Of a DNA stretch of 64,000 nucleotides, positions 32,340-41,202 are shown one piece after another. The translations under genes were made by a program, and so were the position numbers. Source of the stretch: a virus (taxonomy: Duplodnaviria > Caudoviricetes); IMG/VR virus record IMGVR_UViG_3300027759_000043; one strand, given 5' to 3'. Within the stretch, counting starts at the first letter, position 1, and the number at the start of each line of letters is the position of its first letter. The notes beneath the pieces are model-generated. The model ran no database searches and was not told where the DNA came from. It saw only the letters and a list, made by a program, of their open reading frames with translations.

Positions 32340-32367
32340 AAGCCCGCTTCGGCGGGCTTTTTCTTTT
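32340..32367 (+). terminator. Intrinsic terminator
   Basis: AAGCCCGC-TTCG-GCGGGCTT followed by T tract. Confidence 0.9.
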
Positions 32368-32380
32368 ATAAATATCCCTG

Positions 32381-33112
32381 ATGAAACCTGTCTTAATCCT
32401 GCAACACCAAACACCTGAGCGACCTGCTTATCTTGTGACATGGTTGACGCAACACAATATTGAATATGAAACACGCTGTGCTGGTGCAGGTCAAGAATTC
32501 CCCCAATCAATAGAACCTTATTCAGCCTTGGCTGTGATGGGTGGCGGTATGAGTGCTAATGATCCGTTATTGTCAAACCGTCAAGCCGAGATCTTAATCC
32601 TGCAGGCCATGCGCCGGGATCGTCCAGTAATAGGACATTGCTTGGGTGGGCAACTCATGAGTCGCGCACTGGGTGGTGTTATCAGCACATCACCACAGCC
32701 TGAAATAGGTTGGCAACCCATTGACTATGAACAGGTTCCCGAAGTAACAGAGTGGTTTGGTAACAATCCTACTCCACGTGTGATACAGTGGCACTATGAA
32801 ACTTTCAGCATACCTGAAGGTGCCACACGGCTAGCAGGTTCCACAGCCTGTCCAAATCAAGCCTGGGCCATGGGTCCACATTTGGCCATGCAGTTTCACA
32901 TAGAAATGGATGAGATCAAAGCACGGGAATGGGTCGGAGATGAAGATCCCAAATGGGCCGCGGCCCGAGCACAATACGTTACTGTGCAAGACAGTCAAGC
33001 AATTGTGGCGGGAATCCAACCACATTTGACACAGCATCAAGCCACTGCTGATCATGTTTACCGAACTTGGCTAAAAAACACAAATTGGAACGCTGCCTTG
33101 TCAACTAACTAG
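32381..33112 (+). CDS. Type 1 glutamine amidotransferase (GMP-synthase-like GATase)
   Basis: VMGGGMS, GHCLGGQL, QWHYETF, QFHIE. Confidence 0.85.
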   Translation: MKPVLILQHQTPERPAYLVTWLTQHNIEYETRCAGAGQEFPQSIEPYSALAVMGGGMSANDPLLSNRQAEILILQAMRRDRPVIGHCLGGQLMSRALGGVISTSPQPEIGWQPIDYEQVPEVTEWFGNNPTPRVIQWHYETFSIPEGATRLAGSTACPNQAWAMGPHLAMQFHIEMDEIKAREWVGDEDPKWAAARAQYVTVQDSQAIVAGIQPHLTQHQATADHVYRTWLKNTNWNAALSTN

Positions 33113-33124
33113 AGCCCTAAGGCG

Positions 33125-33307
33125 TTGTATATGTATGTCAAGGAGACATTGATGATACATGCTACCAAATGTGACAGTCAGGACAAGCCCGGCAAAAATG
33201 AAATACCAAAGTCCATGATCAACTGGATGCGAGTTCGAGATTGTCCAGACTGTGATCGCAAACGAACCACTGTTTGTAAAGATCCCACTTGCAGTCGTCG
33301 AAAGTAA
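33125..33307 (+). CDS. Small Cys-rich hypothetical protein
   Basis: CPDC and C..PTC; start uncertain. Confidence 0.45.
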   Translation: MYMYVKETLMIHATKCDSQDKPGKNEIPKSMINWMRVRDCPDCDRKRTTVCKDPTCSRRK

Positions 33308-33356
33308 TCCTACCAAACCGGTTGATTTCCTACACAATTCCTGTATAATACCATGT

Positions 33357-33599
33357 ATGGGAACGCAAACAGACTATTTCGAACGCATAGGTTACCGGGC
33401 CCAGTACCAGATAGGCGATAGAGTATTTGGGCACTGGAACTCAATTCCGTTTGTGGGCACTGTGGGCAACGACCGCGTGATTGACAAGACCGGCCCACAA
33501 GTGACCATTCATTTAGATCTACCCATACATCATGACCAACAAACACGCAATGTGGTTATTGTTCAACACAAAGATATCACCAAACTTAAAGAAATGTAA
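33357..33599 (+). CDS. Hypothetical protein (probably leaderless)
   Basis: TATAAT at 33344, ATG 7 nt later. Confidence 0.6.
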   Translation: MGTQTDYFERIGYRAQYQIGDRVFGHWNSIPFVGTVGNDRVIDKTGPQVTIHLDLPIHHDQQTRNVVIVQHKDITKLKEM

Positions 33600-33608
33600 A
33601 GGAAACCC

Positions 33609-33848
33609 ATGTCAAGACTCAGCAGTGAATTAGCAGTGGAACGAATTGGCAATCGTTATGATTTGATCCTAGTGGCCAGTCGACGTGCCCGAGAACTCAG
33701 CCGCGGCGATCGGCCCCGGGTTGATCCAGGACAGAGCAATATCAGCACAGCCCTGCTGGAAATCGAGCAAGGTGCTGTAGATCGCAGTTATCTCTATAAA
33801 AATCAAGATTTAGCCGCCACAAGCCATCATAGGAAATATCAATCATGA
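33609..33848 (+). CDS. rpoZ: RNA polymerase omega subunit-like protein
   Basis: NRYDLILVASRRARELSRG..TALLEIEQG. Confidence 0.8.
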   Translation: MSRLSSELAVERIGNRYDLILVASRRARELSRGDRPRVDPGQSNISTALLEIEQGAVDRSYLYKNQDLAATSHHRKYQS

Positions 33849-34006
33849 TCAAACCCGGAAGCACTTATAAAATGAGTCGTGCCAATAAAGTGATGTTGGC
33901 TTCATATGTTGACCGTAACAAGCGTGGCGAAATCAAACGCACAGTGATTCAGGCAGATCTTTATGGTCGTCAGTTCACGCCCAAAAATCGTGACACGAAT
34001 AAATAA
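33845..34006 (+). CDS. 53-aa basic hypothetical protein, below ORF-track cutoff
   Basis: ATGA overlap with rpoZ; MIKPGSTYKMSRANKVML.. Confidence 0.55.
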   Translation: MIKPGSTYKMSRANKVMLASYVDRNKRGEIKRTVIQADLYGRQFTPKNRDTNK

Positions 34007-34022
34007 ACACTATAGTTGTCTC

Positions 34023-34472
34023 ATGTATAAATCACGATATATACAGTATATACATCTGCCAACAATACCTCAAGATATTGTAGCAGAGGCGGTGTCCAAT
34101 ATTCCGTTGCACCTTAATAATAGCATTCCTAGTATTAATGACACTTATTATTGGTCCGATTTTGACAACAGACAATTAGATTCTTGGTGCAAGTCCAATA
34201 TCTGTCAGGATATATACTTTGCTTTTCAACTCATAACCGGCAACTTGTCATTGCACAAGGACAATATAACAAAGACTAAATTCAATTATCTTATACAAAC
34301 TGGCGGTGATTCAGTAATCACTACGTTTTATAACAACAATAAAGAAATAATTGAGTCCTATTCGATAGAGATCAACCGTTGGCATATAATCAAAGTTGAC
34401 ACATATCATAGTGTAAGCAATGTGCAACCTGGGCAAATAAGATTTTCAGTTACTGGTCGAATTTTTGAATAA
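34023..34472 (+). CDS. Cupin/2OG-oxygenase-like hypothetical protein (AT-rich)
   Basis: LHKD..WH..YHSV..R..V; start reassigned to ATG 34023. Confidence 0.5.
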   Translation: MYKSRYIQYIHLPTIPQDIVAEAVSNIPLHLNNSIPSINDTYYWSDFDNRQLDSWCKSNICQDIYFAFQLITGNLSLHKDNITKTKFNYLIQTGGDSVITTFYNNNKEIIESYSIEINRWHIIKVDTYHSVSNVQPGQIRFSVTGRIFE

Positions 34473-34505
34473 ACCAATTTAGCCAAAATCAAAAATTAAG
34501 CCCAA

Positions 34506-34637
34506 AGTATTACCTTAAAAAAGTAATACTCTAGTACTACAAAAACCCTGCAGAAATGTGGGGTATTTTTTTGGTTGACCGAATATTCCCTTTTTGCTAT
34601 AATACTTGTATAGAAACTAAAAAGGAGTCAAAAAATG
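34506..34637 (+). promoter_or_regulatory. Stem-loop plus early promoter/SD cassette
   Basis: AGTATTAC/GTAATACT hairpin; TTGACC(34575)-17-TATAAT(34598); ACTTGTATAGAAACTAAAAAGGA identical to the 14.75 kb copy. Confidence 0.8.
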
Positions 34638-34895
34638 AGTTATATGTCCACTGTACGTGCATTCGCAGAAGATGCCGCCCGTTCCCAAGTTTACGGGGGA
34701 CAACGCCGTCTTCAAAGTTACGGTCAAACCAGTTACATGCTGGGCGTAGGTATTGTGCGTTTTCGCAATGCAATTGACAAAGTAATGCCACAATATGTTG
34801 CAAAATTTGAAGCAGAAAAAATTGCTAGACAAATTGCCGAATTAGAGCGTGCCGGTTATACAGTAACCAAAAACACAGAAACAGTAGGAGCCTAA
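34635..34895 (+). CDS. Hypothetical early protein, paralog of 15082-15345
   Basis: 3' 63 nt match 15283-15345 at 58/63 positions. Confidence 0.7.
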   Translation: MSYMSTVRAFAEDAARSQVYGGQRRLQSYGQTSYMLGVGIVRFRNAIDKVMPQYVAKFEAEKIARQIAELERAGYTVTKNTETVGA

Positions 34896-34897
34896 AA

Positions 34898-35362
34898 ATG
34901 GGAACTCGTAGTCGTATCGCAGTCATGCATGGTGAAGTCTGTAAATCAGTTTATTGCCATTGGGATGGCTATTTGGAACACAACGGTGCTATCTTGCAGG
35001 AACACTATGATTCAAGCAAGGCCAATCAGTTGGTTGCCATGGGCGACTTGAGTAGCCTGCGTCCCGAGATTGGTGTCAAGCATCCTTTCTCTAGTTTGGA
35101 TCCCGAAGCCGGTAGCGACTACGATCAACGCTATGGCAACATGTGTACCTTTTACGATCGTGATCGTGGTGAAACAGACTGCACTTGGAGCGTTGATCAT
35201 ACGTTTGAAGACTTTTTGGCCCGTGCCCGAGATTGCTGTGCCGAGTTTTACTATGTGATGAAAGATGGTGAGTGGTATGTGGGCGACACTTATGGCTCAA
35301 CTGAGTTAAGTAATCGATTAACGCCACTTGCCCAAGCCATGCAAGCCGTAGAAACTGTTTGA
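34898..35362 (+). CDS. Hypothetical early protein
   Basis: MGTRSRI..YCHWDGY; SD AGGAG. Confidence 0.7.
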   Translation: MGTRSRIAVMHGEVCKSVYCHWDGYLEHNGAILQEHYDSSKANQLVAMGDLSSLRPEIGVKHPFSSLDPEAGSDYDQRYGNMCTFYDRDRGETDCTWSVDHTFEDFLARARDCCAEFYYVMKDGEWYVGDTYGSTELSNRLTPLAQAMQAVETV

Positions 35363-35417
35363 CACAAAATTGCATTTCGCATATAATTGACTTATCTTAA
35401 CTAGCAAAGGAAACACA

Positions 35418-36500
35418 ATGTCAGAATCCCGTACAGTCACAGCCGTGCAGGCTCGTAAAAGTTTGCTCCGTGCATTCAAGGTTCAACGTCCCTTGTTCTT
35501 GTGGGGGCCTCCCGGTATTGGCAAGAGTGAACTGGTAGAAGGTATCACTCGAGAACTTGGTGGCTTGATGATTGACTTGCGTTTGGGACAAATGGAGCCA
35601 ACAGACATCCGTGGTATTCCTTTTTACAACAAGGACATTGGCAAGATGGACTGGGCTGAGCCTGTGGAACTGCCTGATGAGGCCACTGCCAGCCAGTATC
35701 CTGTTGTGGTGTTGTTCCTAGACGAACTTAACTCAGCCGCACCCTCTGTCCAGAGTGCCGCTTATCAACTAATTTTGAATCGACGCATTGGCAAGTATAA
35801 GTTACCTGACAATGTTGTGATGGTTGCCGCAGGTAACCGTGAAAGCGACAAAGGTGTTACTTATAGAATGCCAACTCCCTTGGCAAATCGCTTTATCCAC
35901 CAAGAAATGAAGGTGGACTTTCCTTCCTGGCAAGAGTGGGCGGTGAACAACAACATCCACAAAGACGTGGTGGGTTACTTGAGTTTTGCCAAGCAAGACT
36001 TATATGACTTTGATGCCAAGAGTGCAAGCCGTGCATTTGCTACACCACGCTCTTGGACCTTTGTGAGCCAGTTACTGGACGAGGAAGAAGACAATGACAC
36101 TGTGACCAACTTGATTGCTGGTACAGTTGGCGAGGGTCTTGCTGTGAAGTTCATGGCACACCGCAAGGTTGCAAGCAAGATGCCTAACCCCAGCGACATC
36201 TTGAGTGGCAAGGTCAAGGACTTGAATGTAAAAGAAGTCAGTGCCATGTACAGCCTGGTGATCTCCATGTGCTATGAACTTAAAGGTGCAGTGGAGACCA
36301 AAGTAGAGGACAAGAAGTTCCATGAAATGAGTGACAACTTCTTTGGTTACATGATGAAGAACTTTGAGACCGAGTTGGTTGTGATGGGTGCTAGAATTGC
36401 ACTTACCACATACAACTTACCGTTCCAACCCAGCAAGTTGAAGAACTTTGATGAGTTCCATCAGCGTTATGGCAAGTACATCTTGCAGGCGTCAGCCTAA
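35418..36500 (+). CDS. MoxR-like AAA+ ATPase
   Basis: Walker A GPPGIGKS, Walker B FLDE, AAGNR, LANRF, TPRSW. Confidence 0.9.
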   Translation: MSESRTVTAVQARKSLLRAFKVQRPLFLWGPPGIGKSELVEGITRELGGLMIDLRLGQMEPTDIRGIPFYNKDIGKMDWAEPVELPDEATASQYPVVVLFLDELNSAAPSVQSAAYQLILNRRIGKYKLPDNVVMVAAGNRESDKGVTYRMPTPLANRFIHQEMKVDFPSWQEWAVNNNIHKDVVGYLSFAKQDLYDFDAKSASRAFATPRSWTFVSQLLDEEEDNDTVTNLIAGTVGEGLAVKFMAHRKVASKMPNPSDILSGKVKDLNVKEVSAMYSLVISMCYELKGAVETKVEDKKFHEMSDNFFGYMMKNFETELVVMGARIALTTYNLPFQPSKLKNFDEFHQRYGKYILQASA

Positions 36501-36524
36501 TCAATACAGAAAGATAGTACATAC

Positions 36525-37271
36525 ATGGTAGCCAAAATTAGAAAATTGACATTTAGTCCGGCGTTTCCGCAAACTCATTCAACAAAATTTACCAATTTAT
36601 TGGTCAGTGGTGGAAGTTATGTCTGGAATAATTCTGAAGATCATGTGTGTACTTGGCCTTACGTGTTGAAAGATCTAGCGGGCTTTCAAGAAGTGTATGA
36701 TTGCAGTCAGAGCGGAGCGGGTCCAACTCATGTGTTCAATAGTATAATCAATGAGATAGAAACAAATAAAGATTTGAACTCTGATAACACAATAATAATT
36801 GTCATGCTGTCAGACATGTCTATTACTGATACTATTACAATCAAAAGTATTACAAAAACATGGCACCACATGAGCAATTATGATTTCAATGATCAATTTA
36901 GTACGTTGACCTTGTTTAAAGAAATTGCTCATAAAGATTCTTCAAATTCTTCTTTAGAAAAACTTTGTGTTGAGTATGCTAAACATATTGATTTTGATGC
37001 TCAAGTTTATGAGAACTTGATCAAAATCAAAGCATTACATGCCTATCTCAATGCAAAAAAATTCCAAACAATTTATCTGCATTGGAATACTGCAGAGATA
37101 CCGGATTTAAACAATTATTTGGATCAAATCGAGTCGTTGGACCATTGGACTCAACATAACAATATGAGAATACCTGGAGATCCGCATCCTGCACCCGAGG
37201 CACACCTGACTTGGACTAGAAATGTATTGGTTCCGTATCTTGAAGATAAAAAACTAATAGATAAAATATAA
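36525..37271 (+). CDS. SGNH hydrolase-like protein (AT-rich) splitting the AAA/VWA pair
   Basis: LVSGGSY, GAGP, DPHP..AH. Confidence 0.5.
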   Translation: MVAKIRKLTFSPAFPQTHSTKFTNLLVSGGSYVWNNSEDHVCTWPYVLKDLAGFQEVYDCSQSGAGPTHVFNSIINEIETNKDLNSDNTIIIVMLSDMSITDTITIKSITKTWHHMSNYDFNDQFSTLTLFKEIAHKDSSNSSLEKLCVEYAKHIDFDAQVYENLIKIKALHAYLNAKKFQTIYLHWNTAEIPDLNNYLDQIESLDHWTQHNNMRIPGDPHPAPEAHLTWTRNVLVPYLEDKKLIDKI

Positions 37272-37359
37272 ATGATCCGGTTATAAAAAGTATTATTTTT
37301 GTGTTTGACTATAAATTCATGAAATGCTATAATATACACATACACAACAAAGGACACCA

Positions 37360-38628
37360 ATGACAACAACCACAGTATCAAAAGAAGACGCTAAAAAGTT
37401 CGCTAATCTTATTGGGCCAATGGATGCCAAACTAGATCGCGAAGTACGTGAAATTTTAATTACTGCTCGTGTGGGCCTGTTGTTAAAAGCGTCATTCTTT
37501 GGCAACCTTGCTACTCGTTTAAAACTAGTAAACGCAGATGAGTGGTGTGCTACTGCCGCAACAGACGGCCGCAATTTCTACTACAATAGTCGTTTCATTA
37601 AAATGTTGAGGCCCAAAGAAGTTGAGTTCCTGTTTGGACATGAGGTATTGCATTGTGTTTATGATCACTTTGGACGTAGAGGTGATCGCGATCCACAGTT
37701 GTGGAACATTGCAGACGACTTCTGTGTGAACGCAGACTTGAAGAAACACCATGTGGGCGAGTTTATTACGTCAGTGCCATGTTTGTATGATCACAAATAT
37801 GACGGCATGAGTGCAGAAGAAGTGTATGATATCTTGTATGAAAAAGCAGACAAGATTGATATCAGTAGCCTGTTGGACAAGATGATCGACGAGCACATGG
37901 ATGGTGACGACGAGCAAGATGGTGGTGGCAATGGTGACCAAGAAGGCAAAGGTCGTCCACGTTTGAGTAAAGAAGAACGTCAACAGATCAAGGATGAAAT
38001 CAAAGAAGCCATGTTGGCAGCCGCAAGTGCAAGTGATGCAGGCAACATTCCAGCAGGTGTCAAGCGTCTTATACAAGAGTTGACCGAGCCCAAGATGAAC
38101 TGGCGTGAACTTTTGCGTATGCAATTGGAGAGCACTATCAAATCGGACTTTACTTGGATGCGGGCTAGTCGCAAAGGTTGGCACATGGATGCTGTGATGC
38201 CGGGCATGAAGGTAGATCCCATGATTGATATTGCTATTGCAATTGACGCATCAGGTTCAATTGGTGAACGCATGCTCAAGGACTTTTTAGGTGAGATCCA
38301 AGGCATTATGGATTCGTTCCCTGCGTATCGTATTCATTTGTTTACATTTGACACTGATGCATACAATCCTGCACAATATGATTCAGATAACTTGGATGAC
38401 ATTTGTGACTATGAAGTTGCAGGTGGCGGCGGTACTGACTTTGATTGTATCTTCAAGTATTTGAAAGACAATGAGATTGAACCCAAGCGTCTTGTGGTGT
38501 TTACAGACGGCTACCCATTTGGTTCGTGGGGTGATGAGAACTATGCAGACACTGTTTGGATCTTGCACGGTACTACGACTATTGAACCACCCTGGGGCCA
38601 ATATGCCTACTACGACGAGGCCGAGTAA
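37360..38628 (+). CDS. Metallopeptidase-like + VWA-like domain protein (DUF2201-type)
   Basis: HEVLH, acidic linker, IDASGSI (MIDAS), GGGTDF, VFTDG. Confidence 0.85.
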   Translation: MTTTTVSKEDAKKFANLIGPMDAKLDREVREILITARVGLLLKASFFGNLATRLKLVNADEWCATAATDGRNFYYNSRFIKMLRPKEVEFLFGHEVLHCVYDHFGRRGDRDPQLWNIADDFCVNADLKKHHVGEFITSVPCLYDHKYDGMSAEEVYDILYEKADKIDISSLLDKMIDEHMDGDDEQDGGGNGDQEGKGRPRLSKEERQQIKDEIKEAMLAAASASDAGNIPAGVKRLIQELTEPKMNWRELLRMQLESTIKSDFTWMRASRKGWHMDAVMPGMKVDPMIDIAIAIDASGSIGERMLKDFLGEIQGIMDSFPAYRIHLFTFDTDAYNPAQYDSDNLDDICDYEVAGGGGTDFDCIFKYLKDNEIEPKRLVVFTDGYPFGSWGDENYADTVWILHGTTTIEPPWGQYAYYDEAE

Positions 38629-38843
38629 TGGACCCGCGCATTGAAGAACTTGCACTCAAGTGCGGTGCTTGGAATCAAGTGTATGGCAACAGAACATTCA
38701 TGATTGACGAGCACTTTGATATTGAGAAGTTCGCCCAGTTGATTGTTCGGGAATGTGCCGCAGAAGCCGACAAGCAAACCATTTACTGTAGAGGTATTCC
38801 TTGGGGTAGATGGATTAAAGAACATTTTGGACTCCAAAATTAG
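38628..38843 (+). CDS. Hypothetical protein
   Basis: TAATG overlap. Confidence 0.6.
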   Translation: MDPRIEELALKCGAWNQVYGNRTFMIDEHFDIEKFAQLIVRECAAEADKQTIYCRGIPWGRWIKEHFGLQN

Positions 38844-38859
38844 GAGTGCCAATTTTACC

Positions 38860-38897
38860 AAAATCCCCGTAAAAAAATGACTACGGGGATTTTTTGT
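38860..38897. terminator. Intrinsic terminator, possibly bidirectional
   Basis: AAAATCCCCGTA/TACGGGGATTTT with T tract. Confidence 0.8.
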
Positions 38898-38910
38898 TGT
38901 AAATATCTAC

Positions 38911-39153
38911 ATGAACGACACAAATGAATCAACACAATTCACTATTGCTGATCTTGCTGGAATACGCAACATCATCGACCTGGCTTGCCAGCGTGGCGCT
39001 TTTCGTGGGGAAGAAATGAAGGACGTGGGGTTGGTATTTGAACGCCTCACTAACTTTATTATCAGTGCCCAGGAAGCCGCCGAAGCACAAGCCCAGGCTC
39101 CGGACGCTGAACAAGAGCCTACCGAGCCAGCCACACCAACTCAAGGAGAATAG
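38911..39153 (+). CDS. Hypothetical protein
   Basis: TAAATA at 38900, ATG 5 nt later. Confidence 0.7.
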   Translation: MNDTNESTQFTIADLAGIRNIIDLACQRGAFRGEEMKDVGLVFERLTNFIISAQEAAEAQAQAPDAEQEPTEPATPTQGE

Positions 39154-39154
39154 C

Positions 39155-39892
39155 ATGGCATTTTTAAAACACATAGGCAAACATGGCGACCGTAAGGTTG
39201 TTATTATTTTTAGACAGATTCCAGGTGACGAGCACATGTGCTTGTGCATCTATCCAGACTTGTTGGCATCACACTGGCACGATACCATTATGAAGGTATT
39301 GGAAAGTCCCGTGGGGCAGGCCGCTGAAGAGTTTGCTGACGCACTCAACCGCAACCTCCTACCTGATGGTCGTAACATCCTGGGCGCATTACACGCTGAG
39401 CGCATGATGAAACGTGTGAACACCGAACAAGTGTTAATGACCCCCACCATCAACAGCAACGTCAAACTTGTGGAACTCAACAAGATCCTTAACGAGATGA
39501 AAAAGGGTGAAGACGCTGTGCGCAAGATGGCCGAGATTGACGGGGCAAGAGGCTTGGTTGATCCCAAACAAAAACGTGCCGCTGAAGCACAATACAAATC
39601 CGAACAACAAGCACCCAAGGCACAGTCAGGTTATACTGCCGCGCCAACAGATGGTGCTTTAGATGACAAGAGTCTGGCTGCCAACATGCTGACACAGGCT
39701 GTTCGTATGCATAATGAAGCCACTAGCATGATCAATGAAGCCGCACGTATGCGCAAAGAAGCAGAGAAAATGTTTCCTGGTGTTAAAATGATGGACCTTC
39801 CCAAGATGGCACCAATGCCCACAGTAGAAACAGAAGCACCTGCGCCTAAAAAGCGTGGACGTAAACCTGCTGTGGCTCATGCAACTCAGTGA
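39155..39892 (+). CDS. Hypothetical protein
   Basis: SD AAGGAG; start reassigned to 39155. Confidence 0.75.
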   Translation: MAFLKHIGKHGDRKVVIIFRQIPGDEHMCLCIYPDLLASHWHDTIMKVLESPVGQAAEEFADALNRNLLPDGRNILGALHAERMMKRVNTEQVLMTPTINSNVKLVELNKILNEMKKGEDAVRKMAEIDGARGLVDPKQKRAAEAQYKSEQQAPKAQSGYTAAPTDGALDDKSLAANMLTQAVRMHNEATSMINEAARMRKEAEKMFPGVKMMDLPKMAPMPTVETEAPAPKKRGRKPAVAHATQ

Positions 39893-40181
39893 TGAATTTC
39901 TTGAGCAATGGGATCATATAATTTCTGGCGTAGACAAAACTGAAGTTCCGTTAGAGTGCATTAACAAAATTGTTATTCGCTTGCAAGGTGGTCGTCAAAA
40001 GACCATCAACCTTGCTCGACTCAAACGTGATGGTTTTGATCTTGAAGAAATTGAATCGTATCTCACTAGAAACCTTGTTGAACTTGGAGATATGGTGCGC
40101 GACATAGACTTCTTGGTAGATGTCAACGCTGTGGCTCGCCTGGTACAACCAGAAACCGATAAACTTTTAAAAGATCTATGA
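39879..40181 (+). CDS. Hypothetical protein
   Basis: Overlapping operon packing. Confidence 0.65.
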   Translation: MQLSDEFLEQWDHIISGVDKTEVPLECINKIVIRLQGGRQKTINLARLKRDGFDLEEIESYLTRNLVELGDMVRDIDFLVDVNAVARLVQPETDKLLKDL

Positions 40182-40849
40182 ATGTCCGACTTGTCTCGTA
40201 TTCACAACCAACACTTGAGTTCGCAAATCTTGGCATATCAGACGCCCAAGAACTCATTGCCTATTGCGCTAGAGTCTCAAACCCTTCAAACCAATTCAAC
40301 AATGAAACAAGCGAACGACTCATCCGATACCTCGTTAAACACCAACACTGGAGCCCACTCGAAATGGTCAGTGCTTGCATGGAAATTACGACAACACGAG
40401 ATATTGCACGGCAAATCCTCAGACACAGAAGTTTCAGTTTCCAAGAGTTCTCTCAACGATATGCTGACCCGACAAAAGATCTTGAGTTTGTTACCCGCAG
40501 TGGACGACTCCAAGACCCACAAAATCGACAGAACAGTATAGAGCATGACGACCACTTGTTGGAAAACGAGTGGTATCGTGCGCAACAAAGAGTTATCTAT
40601 GCGGCTCAACGTGAATACGAATGGGCTATCAAGAACGGTATTGCCAAAGAACAGGCCCGTGCTGTGCTACCCGAAGGCCTAATTCAAAGTCGCATCTACA
40701 TGAATGGTACACTACGTAGTTGGATTCACTTCGTTGAGTTGAGAAGTGCCAACGGCACACAATTAGAGCATCAACAGGTGGCTGTGGCCTGTGCTCAAGC
40801 CATTGCCGCAATCTTCCCAATGGCTACCGATCTAGTTGCAAAAACTTGA
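40178..40849 (+). CDS. thyX: Flavin-dependent thymidylate synthase
   Basis: HWSPLE, RHRSFSFQEFSQRY, ARAVLP, GTLRSW. Confidence 0.95.
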   Translation: MNVRLVSYSQPTLEFANLGISDAQELIAYCARVSNPSNQFNNETSERLIRYLVKHQHWSPLEMVSACMEITTTRDIARQILRHRSFSFQEFSQRYADPTKDLEFVTRSGRLQDPQNRQNSIEHDDHLLENEWYRAQQRVIYAAQREYEWAIKNGIAKEQARAVLPEGLIQSRIYMNGTLRSWIHFVELRSANGTQLEHQQVAVACAQAIAAIFPMATDLVAKT

Positions 40850-40869
40850 TCCATCTGCTATACTAATGT

Positions 40870-41202
40870 ATGGCTATTACTAACTATCAGCCCACACATT
40901 CCGATCTATCCAAACCCCGCGAAGTCAAAGTAATTGATGGTGTTGCAATTGCATATAGCGATGTGGTTGTGCATCACTTCCCTATGGGCGATGTAGAGGA
41001 TCCGGACTTGTATGCGGCACAACCTTTATATGAATGGCAACAGAGCGAAGTGGGCGCATGGGTAATGGCTCATGCTGTGGAGCCTCCTTTTTGGACCAGA
41101 CAACCAGACATGGACTCATACGGGTATCGCTATTATATTGTGGCTAGATTGAAAGAAGCAGATCAAACTTATTTTAAATTAAAGTGGAGTAATATCAAAT
41201 GA
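40870..41202 (+). CDS. Hypothetical protein (probably leaderless)
   Basis: TTGCAA(40836)-17-TATACT(40859), ATG 5 nt later. Confidence 0.65.
   Translation: MAITNYQPTHSDLSKPREVKVIDGVAIAYSDVVVHHFPMGDVEDPDLYAAQPLYEWQQSEVGAWVMAHAVEPPFWTRQPDMDSYGYRYYIVARLKEADQTYFKLKWSNIK

Noticed and set aside
32052-32510. ORFs 32052-32510(-) and 32066-32248(+)
   Set aside because: Shadow frames over the tmRNA, whose structure and tag fully explain the region.
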